From positions 1-64,000 of the forward strand of contig NIVC01002456.1 in NCBI GenBank assembly GCA_002269645.1: a stretch of DNA of 64,000 bases, read 5' to 3'. Position numbers and translations under genes: made by a program. Below the pieces are notes generated by a model, which saw nothing but the letters and a program-made list of their open reading frames with translations, was not told where the DNA came from and did not search any database. This DNA is from Macrostomum lignano (lineage: Eukaryota). Positions 51,590 to 64,000 of the stretch are shown here, in pieces (positions within the stretch are counted from its first letter, which is position 1; every line of letters starts with the position of its first letter).

Positions 51590-53445
51590 AGATCTGGGAG
51601 GCTGGCCTAAGCAACTGACACTGTGGGAGGCTGGCCCAAGCAACTGACACTGTGGGAGGCTGGCCTAAGCAACTGACACTGTGGGAGGCTGGCCCAAGCA
51701 ACTGACACTGTGGGAGGCTGGCCTAAGCAACTGACACTGTGGGAGGCTGGCCCAGCAACTGACACTGTGGGAGGCTGGCCCAGCAACTGACACTGTGGGA
51801 GGCTGGCCCAGCAACTGACACTGTGGGAGGCTGGCCCAGCAACTGACACTGTGGGAGGCTGGCCCAGCAACTGAGGATCTGGGAGGCTGACCCAGCAACT
51901 GACACTGTGGGAGGCTGGCCCAGCAACTGACACTGTGGGAGGCTGGCCCAGCAACTGACACTGTGGGAGGCTGGCCCAAGCAACTGACACTGTGGGAGGC
52001 TGGCCCAGCAACTGACACTGTGGGAGGCTGGCCCAGCAACTGACACTGTGGGAGGCTGGCCCAAGCAACTGACACTGTGGGAGGCTGGCCTAAGCAACTG
52101 ACACTGTGGGAGGCTGGCCCAGCAACTGACACTGTGGGAGGCTGGCCCAGCAACTGACACTGTGGGAGGCTGGCCCAGCAACTGACACTGTGGGAGGCTG
52201 GCCCAGCAACTGACACTGTGGGAGGCTGGCCCAGCAACTGACACTGTGGGAGGCTGGCCCAGCAACTGACACTGTGGGAGGCTGGCCCAGCAACTGACAC
52301 TGTGGGAGGCTGGCCCAGCAACTGACACTGTGGGAGGCTGGCCCAGCAACTGAGGATCTGGGAGGCTGACCCAGCAACTGACACTGTGGGAGGCTGGCCC
52401 AGCAACTGACACTGTGGGAGGCTGGCCCAGCAACTGACACTGTGGGAGGCTGGCCCAAGCAACTGACACTGTGGGAGGCTGGCCCAGCAACTGACACTGT
52501 GGGAGGCTGGCCCAGCAACTGACACTGTGGGAGGCTGGCCCAGCAACTGAGGATCTGGGAGGCTGACCCAGCAACTGACACTCTGGGAGGCTGGCCCTGC
52601 AACTGACACTGTGGGAGGCTGGCCCTGCAACTGACACTGTGGGAGGCTGACCCAGCAACTGAGGATCTGGGAGGCTGGCCCAGCAACTGACACTGTGGGA
52701 GGCTGATCCAGCAACTGAGGATCTGGGAGGCTGGCCTAAGCAACTGACACTGTGGGAGGCTGGCCCAGCAACTGACACTGTGGGAGGCTGGCCCAGCAAC
52801 TGACACTGTGGGAGGCTGGCCCAGCAACTGACACTGTGGGAGGCTGGCCCAGCAACTGACACTGTGGGAGGCTGGCCCAGCAACTGAGGATCTGGGAGGC
52901 TGACCCAGCAACTGACACTGTGGGAGGCTGGCCCAGCAACTGACACTGTGGGAGGCTGGCCCAGCAACTGACACTGTGGGAGGCTGGCCCAAGCAACTGA
53001 CACTGTGGGAGGCTGGCCCAGCAACTGACACTGTGGGAGGCTGGCCCAGCAACTGACACTGTGGGAGGCTGGCCCAGCAACTGAGGATCTGGGAGGCTGA
53101 CCCAGCAACTGACACTCTGGGAGGCTGGCCCAGCAACTGACACTCTGGGAGGCTGGCCCAGCAACTGACACTGTGGGAGGCTGGCCCAGCAACTGAGGAT
53201 CTGGGAGGCTGACCCAGCAACTGACACTCTGGGAGGCTGGCCCAGCAACTGACACTCTGGGAGGCTGGCCCTGCAACTGACACTGTGGGAGGCTGGCCCT
53301 GCAACTGACACTGTGGGAGGCTGACCCAGCAACTGAGGATCTGGGAGGCTGGCCCAGCAACTGACACTGTGGGAGGCTGACCCAGCAACTGAGGATCTGG
53401 GAGGCTGGCTGGCCCAGCAACTGAGGATCTGGGAGGCTGATCTGG
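51590..53445. repeat. 28/29-bp minisatellite with variant blocks
   Basis: Unit gcaactgacactgtgggaggctggccca, about 65 copies. It is the source of the spurious 582/432/349-aa ORFs. Confidence 0.98.
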
Positions 53446-53999
53446 GAGTAGAGGTAAAAAATGACAGACAAAACAATTTTTAAATCTTTTTTTGAATTAT
53501 ATAAGAGAGGCTTTGGTCAGATAAACTACACGAATTGAGTTTATTACAAAAATAATAAAAACGCTTAGCAGCTACTGTAAGTAGAAATGCGCAAATATAG
53601 TGTGTGCTGCCAGAACAGAAAAATGAGCCATCGAGTGACTTAAGGGTTTAGTGAAAAGAAAGTCAAATGGATTTATTCTACTTCCAGTAGTCAAATGGAT
53701 AACCGAAATTATTTTTATTCTGCTTACAAAAGATGATGTAATAGGAAAAATGCAAAAGGAACACAGAACAACAAGAAAACACGATGAGGGTATGATTAAA
53801 TTTACAGTACGCTCGTAGCAAGTGTCTATAAAATGAAAATAGCTATCGCAATAAACACAGAGAGAAACAGACCAGAGTCATTAGTAAAGACGAGACGAAA
53901 GCATCCCAGCAACCAAAAACATTCTAGGTACCACAAAGAAGCATTTTAGTGATTAAAACTTATGACAGTTGCAACCTGATCGACCTTAGCAGATCGAAT

Positions 54000-54385
54000 G
54001 CGCTTAGCAACTAAAAAGAATCCCCCTAGCAGCTAAAGAAGAATCACCTTAGCAACTAAAGAAGAATCACCCTAGCAACTAAAAAAGAATCACACTAGCA
54101 ACTAAAGCGCGCTAGCAACTAAAAAAATCAACCCAGCAACTAAAGAAGAATCACCATAGCAACTAAATAAGAATCACTCTAGCAACTAAAGAATCACCCT
54201 AGCAACCAAGAAAGAATCACCCTTAGCAACCAAGAATCACCCTAGCAACCAGAAATACACATCCTAGCAACCAGAAATAACCACCCTAGCAACCAGAAAT
54301 ACACATCCTAGCAACCAGAAATAACCACCCTAGCAAGCAGAAATACACACCCTAGCAAGCAGAAATACACACCCTACCAACCGAA
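54000..54385. repeat. Degenerate ~22-bp repeat downstream of KDM1B
   Basis: tagcaactaaagaagaatcaccc and tagcaaccagaaatacacatcc units. Confidence 0.85.
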
Positions 54386-54441
54386 TGTAAAGAACAAAAC
54401 AGCTAGACAAGACAATGTCTAGACATAGACACCCAGAGGCC

Positions 54442-57400
54442 CTAGCAACGCTGCTCAGCCCGAAGCAGCACCCGCCTAGACCGAGCGTCCAGCCAGTCGG
54501 CCACCCGGCCAGCAGCGGCCAGCCCGCTGACGCAGGCGCCAGTCAGGCTGTGCGGAAACTCCTTCGAAGCGGCTTCGCTGGCGAAGAACAACGGGCCGGC
54601 ATCGCCGTCGCCGTCGCCGCCGCTAGAGCAGCCGACGTCGGCTGAAAGTGCGTCGGCGAATTCGGCGTCGCCAGTAGGCGACCATCGACCAGCGGCCGGG
54701 TAGGCGGCGGACCAGCTGCTCAGCGACGAATCGACGGGCGGTTCGGCAGATTCGCCGAATATTACGGCGAGTCGACGAGTGGCCTCTCTGGTGGCGTAGC
54801 CGAGCGGATCAGCCTGAGCTGCCAGATGTTCAACAGCCTTGCCGCAGAAGATCGCCAACAGCGGAAAGGCCGACGACGTTGATGGCGAATTGTCGCCATC
54901 GACCGGGGACGGATCGACGAACAGGTGGCAGATGCCGCGACTTGTCGACGACTCCGGCAGAGCGGCAAAACATCGACTCGGCAGCCAGAATCGACGTCGG
55001 AATCGAAGCCTCAGCGTCGACAAACGGCAGCAGCCGTGAGCGTCGGCCGCTCGCAGTTTAGAACTGGGCAGCGGCGGCTCGAACTCCGGACCGTCATTAT
55101 CGTCACCGGTCAGAAGACCCGACGGCGCTAGCGGCAGCGTCAACAGACAGCAGGCGGCGCGGATCCGACGCCCGTCGGTTAGCGACACTTCGACACCGGT
55201 GTCTGGCGAAGTCGAGGAGGCCGCCGGACGTCGACAGATCCGGGCGACGGCGGAACCGCGCAGCAGCGGAACCGTCCGCGAGCCGGCAGCCAGCCAGTCG
55301 GCCAGGTCGGCCAGAGTGTCGACTCCGACAATCGCTGAATTGTCGCTTAGTTGCGGCAGAATTTTGTCGCGCTCGAACGGCAACGTCGAGGCGGCGGATA
55401 CTAGATCGAGTGGGGCGCCTAATCTGTACTCTAAACTGGCCAGGTAGAAATTTAACAATCTGGCGCCTTGCTCCGAACTGGCGGTCATCTCGTCTAACAG
55501 ACTCTGCTCGTCGATTTGCGTCGAAACTGATACGTCATCACTTTCGATTGGTGCCGACACAAATCCGGTTGGATTCGAGCTATTTTTGGTAAAATTGGAT
55601 TTCTTTCCAGTGGGATTTGATTTACTTCCGGTAGAATTGGGTTCACTTCCGGTAGGATTTGCTTCACTTCCGGTAGGATTGGCTTCACTTCCGGTAGGAT
55701 GGGCTTCACTTCCGGTAGGATTGGCTTCACTTACGGTAGGATTGGCTTCACTTCCGGTAGGATTGGCTTCACTTCCGGTAGGATTGGCTTCACTTCCGGT
55801 AGGATTGGCTTCACTTCCGGTAGGATTGGGTTCATTCCCGGCAGGAATAGATTTACTTCCGGTTGCATCATAATTTGCAGCATCGGATTCGACAAAGAAG
55901 CTAACAGCTTCACTTCCGGTTGTCCGAGCCTTTCGCCTAGCTGACGCGTAGACTCGCTTAGCGGACGCCGCGGCGAGTGCCTCAGTAACGACGTCGACAG
56001 CTTGACAGACCACGTCGGACTCCGCCGCGATCCGACCGCCGTCGGGCCAGTCGAACAGGTCCACGTTCAGCAACGGATTATCCTCCAGACTACGAACACC
56101 GCTGTGGCCGATGCCCCGCTGCAGCGCCATTAGACACAGCGGGTTATTCGACACGCTATCAACGACAGCAATGTCGGGTAGACGAAGTCGCCGACGACTA
56201 TTTCCTTTGTCGTTATCCCTTTCGTTGTTGTTGGTCGATTCAATCAGAACGACGCGCCGGCCAAAGCTGACCAGCTGCCGAGCCGCCACCAGTCCCGCAA
56301 TGTCGTCGCCGACAATAACGACATCAGTGACACTACCGTCGTCGCAATCGCCGTCGTCGCCGTCAGCAGCATCGGAAGCGACAGGTCGGATGCCGAAATT
56401 AATAAGGCCCTGACGTTCTAATCGACGAATAATAGCCGGCAAAATGGCCGAACAGATTCGAATCCTGGCCAGGCCTCTACATAGGATTAACGATTCAGAG
56501 CGTCGACTGCCAGCAATAGTTGGCCAATCGGCTGGTGTCCGAGACGATGATTGAGCCAGCGTCGAGTGCCAGATGGCCCAGGCGGCTAGCAGAGTATTGC
56601 GCACTGCCAGGTACAGCTGCGGCTGGTTGCGCAGCTCCAACTGGCCAGCTGGGTAGGCGGCGGCCAGTTCGTCGGGATCGACCTGGTCGGGCCGGACCGA
56701 CAAAGCCGAGCAACTCGAAGAAGCGGCCGAGGACTGGCCGAAAGAGAACAGGCCGCTGGCGAACGGGTGGAGCTGGGACGGCGAGTCTAAAGGGCGGCGG
56801 GGAGGGGAAGAAGCGATCTGGTTGTGGACTGAACTCGGACACCGCTGATGAGGTTTAGAGTCTGGGCCTCCTCATCCACTTCCTCTATCTTCCAGCCTCC
56901 CTTAAATCTCCCATCCCTACATCTACCTCCCATCCCTACATCTACCTCACCATCCCTACATCTACCTCACCTTCCCTACATCAACCTCACCATCCCTACA
57001 TCTACCTCACCATCCCTACATCTATCTCACCATCCCTACAACTACCTCACCATCCCTACATCTACCTCCCCATTCCTAAATCTACCTCTATTCCTAAATC
57101 CGCCTCCCGATCCCTACATCCGCCTCCCGATCCCTACATCCGCCTCTCAATCCCTACATCCGCCTCCCGATCCCTACATCCGCCTCTCGATCCCTACATC
57201 CGCCTCCCGATCCCTACATCCGCCTCCCGATCCCTACATCCGCCTCCCGATCCCTACATCCGCCTCTCGATCCCTACATCCGCCTCCCGATCCCTACATC
57301 CGCCTCTCGATCCCTACATCTGCCTCCCGAAGTAGGAGGGCTGTTGGAAAACGCCTTCGGCGACACCGTCCCACCACTGGCGCTGTGAAGCAATGTTGCC

Positions 57401-58253
57401 CATTCCGCTGACTACTGAGCACATACAAACTCGCCAATACTGTATGCAAGCACGCACTCATGCACACGCTCACAGAGTGTGCAGCGGCCCTGACAAGCTC
57501 CAAAATGAATTTGGCCAGGAATCGAACCAGGGGACGCATTTTACCGCTAAGCCCTACCAATCAGCTGATCACCGGGCAGAGGCGCCAGACCAACGCTTAA
57601 AGGCCTGCAGCCGTTCAACTTGGAGTCGAACAGCAGCAGCCTTCTACAGCAGTTGTCCTGCAGCAGCACAGGAGCAGCCAGGCTGGACAGGAAATCAGGA
57701 TCCGACGCGGCCCAAGCCACGCCCGGGTGTTCGGGTTCGTCGCAATTACTGCATCGAAACTCTAACAAACGCCTTGGCAACAAGTTATAATAGTTATCGC
57801 TATTACAATCCGAGCCAGTGTCCAATTGTCTCCACCGGCCGCAGTCTCGACAAGAGGCCCAGTAGGGCAGTGCGGCGTTAGCCAGCAGTTCCCTGGGGCT
57901 GGGCTGGCGGCACTCCGCACGCAACCAGGCCGATCTGAGCTGAGCAACCCAACTAGGTGCCCATTCGTTGGATAACCGGCCTCGATAGCACAGCTCAAAA
58001 CAGGCGTTGCAATAGTGCTCCCACCTGCTCAGGTGGTACCAACGCGACGTTTTAGAATTAGATTCTGTTGCTATAGCGACGCAACGAGACGATAGGCGGG
58101 CGAAACAGACCGGTTGAGACTCGCCGCAACCAGATTTTGTGCAGCCTTCGAGAGCACCGCGGCTGCCGACGAAGTCAGAGCTATCGGGTTCGCGTTTGCG
58201 TTTCAGAAGACAGATATTTGGTCTGTGTTTCTTAGAAACAGTGGGCTGCGATC
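54442..58253 (-). CDS. KDM1B: KDM1B/LSD2 homologue (C4H2C2 zinc finger, zf-CW, SWIRM, amine-oxidase-like domain), 5'-incomplete model, predicted catalytically impaired
   Basis: Exon 58253-57573 encodes CTKSGC..PVCFA..RC..SRWYHLS..EHYCNACF and LPYWASCRDCGRWRQL..CDEPE, the LSD2-specific zinc fingers. Exon 56786-54442 encodes LSVRPD..YLAVRNTLLAAW..RGLARIRIC..GLINFG (SWIRM) and the oxidase domain. The phase-1 intron has a strong pyrimidine tract. The first exon has no in-frame ATG, so the start exon is unresolved. Confidence 0.9.
55590..55830 (-). repeat. In-frame 21-bp coding repeat (NPTGSEA)n within KDM1B
   Basis: About 11 units of ggattggcttcacttccggta (plus-strand reading), frame preserved. 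Confidence 0.95.
56890..57330. repeat. 18-bp intronic minisatellite
   Basis: catccctacatctacctc and gatccctacatccgcctc units. Confidence 0.93.
57345..57560 (-). mobile_element. tRNA-derived SINE (most complete copy of a family with ~5 copies in the window)
   Basis: Head TGGTAGGGCTTAGCGGTAA...GGTTCGATTCC (A/B-box-like). Body gtcagggccgctgcacactctgtgagcg...gtgctcag..agcggaatggg is shared with 44350-44440+46480-46555, ~40880-40950, ~35810-35925 and ~28385-28420. Confidence 0.7.
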
Positions 58254-58374
58254 CTAGATAAGAGATGAGCAGCCGGTCTGGGTGAGATTAGAAAATGAGC
58301 AGCCCGTCTGGATGAGATGAGACAGTGCAGGTGAGAATGTGAGCAGGAAATCTAGGTTAGATTAGAAGCGAGCA

Positions 58375-58745
58375 GCCAGTCTATGTGCGAATAGATGTGA
58401 GCAGGAAATCTAGGTGAGACTAGATGTGAACAGGAAATTTAGGTGAGACTAGATGTGAGCAGGAAATCTAGGTGAGAATAGATGTGAGCAGGAAATCTAG
58501 GTGAGAATAGATGTGAGCAGAAAATCTAGGTGAGAATAGACGTGAGCGGGAAATCTAGCTGAGAATAGACGTGAGCGGGAAATCTAGGTGAGAATAGACG
58601 TGAGCGGGAAATCTAGGTGAGAATAGACGTGAGCGGGAAATCTAGGTGAGAATAGACGTGAGCGGGAAATCTAGGTGAGAATAGACGTGAGCGGGAAATC
58701 TAGGTGAGAATAGACGTGAGCGGGAAATCTAGGTGAGAGTAGATG
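58375..58745. repeat. 29-bp minisatellite upstream of the first identified KDM1B exon
   Basis: Unit agacgtgagcgggaaatctaggtgagaat. Confidence 0.93.
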
Positions 58746-59609
58746 TGCACGAGCAGGGAGTCTACGCTCATAGATACGAATGTGAGTTCGCGATCATTCA
58801 AAAAGGACAGAGTGAGTATAGATAGCTAGATTTTATAAGACTTCACAGCTTGATGTGAATTAGGTTTTACGAATTTTAAATCTGCAAGTGCCTACACGGA
58901 CATAGGAGACAAGATTTGAAAAATCTGAGTTTTCGTTCGCAAGAGTTGTATGTACGGCCAAGTTGCCCTAAGATTTCTAGATAAATATATATGAATATTA
59001 TAAATATTTTTGAACATTTTCAGACGATAATAAAATTTTTGTTTTCTATAAATATAAATAAAAAAAGATATTGCTAATAATTTGTTAAATTCGATTTTGA
59101 TAACGCTAACCAAAAAGTTGTTGTTTCGAGGGCTAAAAGCGTATTTTATATTTATTCAATATTTCAATAGCAACAGCTGGATAAAGGAAACAAAATAATT
59201 AACAATGGAAAGAATAAACCGGTAATGCTTGGAAAACTAATAAACAGATGTATTAAATCGACGGCCTCTTTAACCTGCTTAAGACGGGACAGAAACTAAT
59301 GCGCTAATTAATTATTAAAAGAGTAAGTGTAGATAAATATTTTTGCCTTAAAAATCTATCTGCAATGGCGCAACACTAGCGAGAAAAATTATGGAATTCA
59401 TACGAAACACGGCCTAAGCGAGTGCACAAATTTGTGGCTATTTATCTCTAGATGCGGTGTAACTACTACTGCAAGTACGGTATTATGGCTTTCTAATAGA
59501 AATTGGTCGAACGAAGCTATGTTATAAGAACGACACCTATTAATAGTATTAACTACTTAATTGAATAGTGCAATTCAAGTCCGCAATGGATGCTTCGCAA
59601 AAGCATTTC

Positions 59610-61501
<1,892 letters not shown>

Positions 61502-63348
61502 TTAAGCGATTTAGGAATTTATAATAATAATAACAGATTAGATACTTGAGCTCCGGTTGGAGAGAAGAACTTGCGCATGCATTGTAAAAAAAATAATAAA
61601 TTATCTATTATTACGACCATAGCTGGTAAAAAACTTACAAACTTTAACTTAAAATCGGTCCCTATATTGAGGAAAAAACAAGTATTAAGAACAAGAGGAC
61701 CACAATTAAAAGAAATTTGAGGCGATTTTGTTTTATTAAAAATAGGCGAGTGACACAGTGGAATGAAAATAAAATTTTGAGCTCAAATTGTCAAATAAAA
61801 TTAATGTTCCAACTGATTTCATTTTCTACTCTAAAATCTAGATTTAAAAGAAAATACCACACATACTAAAATAACTAGATGGGCCACTCAGGCTCGTATA
61901 CTTAGTAAAACGGCTTTCTACTTTCAATTCAGTAGCGCAAAGAATACGTAAGCTATTTTATTAAGTTAAGGTTGTTAAAATTACTTTGATAAGTTTAGAA
62001 ACCCCAAGCTAGCAGGCGTAAACAACTTGCTATAATTGGTTCAGCAATAATGTACATTGGCCAGTCCACTAAAATGTACATGGCTGCTTCAGGCTGGAAT
62101 TCTGAGAAAGGCAATAAAAATTGGGGCAGGGCGAGGGGGGTAGTGTGGAAAAGCGCGGTTTGAGGGTTTAAGTTGGGGTAAGAGCCTAATAAATGAGCCT
62201 TGGATTTAAAAATACATTAAAATGCTTCTGTTTTACTTACTACTGAACTGAAAGTAGCTTGCACGCAAATGTGCCGAGTGGCCTATCAAGCCTATCAAAA
62301 TTTCTAGTATCTGTGCCTACAACTAAAATAACAAGCTGGGTTAGCCACAAGCAAAATGACGAAATAAGCGTACTACTGTTACTGGCTAAAAAGCGGTGGA
62401 AAAACGCGTACAGACAACAATAAGCTAAAAAGGCATGATGAATATGCAATTTTATAATAATATCACAGGTTGTAAAGAAAATAAGATAGCAAAAAATCTG
62501 TTTTTAAGAGGCGAGACACGCGTGACAACACTTAGAGGAGCGAAAATCATCAAGATGAATGTTGCAAACAATCAATTAACAAAAAAAATTGTGTGTAAAG
62601 CAAGCAAGCAATTTAATAAAAGAGCAAAAGCAACAAAAGAGAGCACACTACTTGACAAAAGGCACAATACTTATAGCTATGTAGCAGATGTACAAAACAA
62701 ACAATATATGTATATAATTGTTGAGCAACAAATTCCGAACAGTTTTAATCTACATTTTGTTACAAAACCTTGATCCAAATCTAGCAAAAAACAATCAGAG
62801 ACAGTTAAGTACATGGAGTACAGGAACAACAAAAACGCTAGAAGAGAAAATCTAAGCGTATTAGATAGATTAGCAATACAGTTTAGGCCTATTGCCTACT
62901 TGCCTATTGCCTATACAGTTGCGACACATTCAAGGGGGTCATGACCTCCCCCGAGGAAATTAAGGGGGTCATGACCCCTCTCGAATGAAACTGAAAATAA
63001 ATTTCGTTCACCATTTCGTAATTACGAATATATTGCTTAATAAAATTCTCTCAAACTCGGAGCTTGAACTCGCTAGTGGATCCAAAAGAGGGGGGGGCGG
63101 GGGTCAACGGGGTCGACTGACCCCTCCCGGGAAAAAGCCATGATTCTTTCATTGCCAGCTAGCATGCACACTGATTTTCACTTTGGCATCCTGAATTTGG
63201 CGCTGCTCAGGGAAAGGGGAAGGGTGTTTCCGGTGACCTAAATTACTGGTAAAAGTACAAAGTTGACATTTTATCAAAAATATCCGTTTAAAACTTTCAA
63301 GGTCATTGACAAAGACGAATAGTTAAAACATGAAAAATTCATCACTAA

Positions 63349-63395
63349 TTAATTTATCCATTTACGCCTACCACCCGTGTACAGAAGTTGAGTTG

Positions 63396-63426
<31 letters not shown>

Positions 63427-64000
63427 CTGGCGCTGACTCTGCTGTTGAGCTGAGGCTGTCAAACTGTAGGCGCCTCGCCTAGTTGTAGCCGCCGAGGCCG
63501 AATCAACGGAGGCGCCGGTGGCGACTGCTGCTGGCGCTAAAACTCTACCTGGTGCGGCAAAATTTCTCCGAATATGATAGCCGCCCGGGCGCTTGCCTGA
63601 CAATGGCGGCCTAGGCTTGTACAAGCCGCCGTCGCCGTCGCCGCTAACACCGCCGGTTTCCATAGCAACTGGAGCGGATTGTTGACGCCTAGCCTCGGCT
63701 AGGAGAGCGGCCGCCGAAGCCGCGGCAGAGTTCTAAACAAGGTCAAGGTAAGGACAAGGATTGTCATTAATTAACAATGACTCGTAAGCCACAGAAATTA
63801 ACAAAGACCAAATTAAGACAAAGAAAGCAATTTCAAATTCTAATAGAAGTAAACAATTATGAATGTAATAAAGGAGAAAAATAAAACGCATGCATGCATG
63901 CGATCTAAACAAGCTGTAATAATGTAGTTTACTTTCTGCATATGGCGACTCCATAGTCGTTCGGATTCGTCAGTGAAAAACTTATTATTATCATTATTAT
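63349..64000 (-). CDS. 3' portion of an unidentified gene (last two exons) with a polyQ tract
   Basis: An open frame from the window end to donor 63933 (..KFFTDESERLWSRHMQK) joins in phase 0 to acceptor 63732 (NSAAASAAALLAEARRQQ..QQQQ..KWIN*). GC-rich; no recognised domain. Confidence 0.45.

Noticed and set aside
57512-57560. tRNA gene
   Set aside because: It has A/B-box-like motifs but no cloverleaf or anticodon arm and continues into a SINE body.
62880-63200. Possible MITE with GGGGGTCATGACC(T/C)C palindromes
   Set aside because: Termini and TSD could not be defined.

Overview
Eukaryotic (animal) genomic DNA with spliced genes and very dense minisatellites. The style (GC-rich exons, a different tandem array in most larger introns, RTE-type LINE) suggests a free-living flatworm such as Macrostomum; this is an inference and was not checked by any search. 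Five recognisable genes, all on the minus strand, were reconstructed by hand from GT-AG sites and frame continuity. (1) An Mx-like dynamin GTPase that runs off the left end and has two single-base frameshifts. (2) A 10-exon MAP4K3/5 (GCK-I/happyhour-like) kinase with a CNH domain. (3) A secreted LDLa-domain prohormone-4-like protein built partly from micro-exons. (4) A KDM1B/LSD2 homologue with intact zinc fingers but degenerate FAD-binding and catalytic residues. (5) GAPDH. There is also an orphan single-pass membrane ORF on the plus strand and the 3' part of an unknown gene at the right end. Mobile DNA includes a decayed RTE-like LINE interrupted by a hAT MITE (8-bp TSD), a PIF/Harbinger-type element (18-bp TIR, CAG TSD, Myb/SANT remnant, internal 76-bp satellite) inserted into a SINE, and two SINE families. 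Most long ORFs in the supplied track are translations of tandem repeats. The strongest novelty candidate is the predicted catalytically dead LSD2, which carries a repeat insertion at the position of the LSD1 Tower. No prokaryotic-type system, CRISPR array or rRNA is seen.
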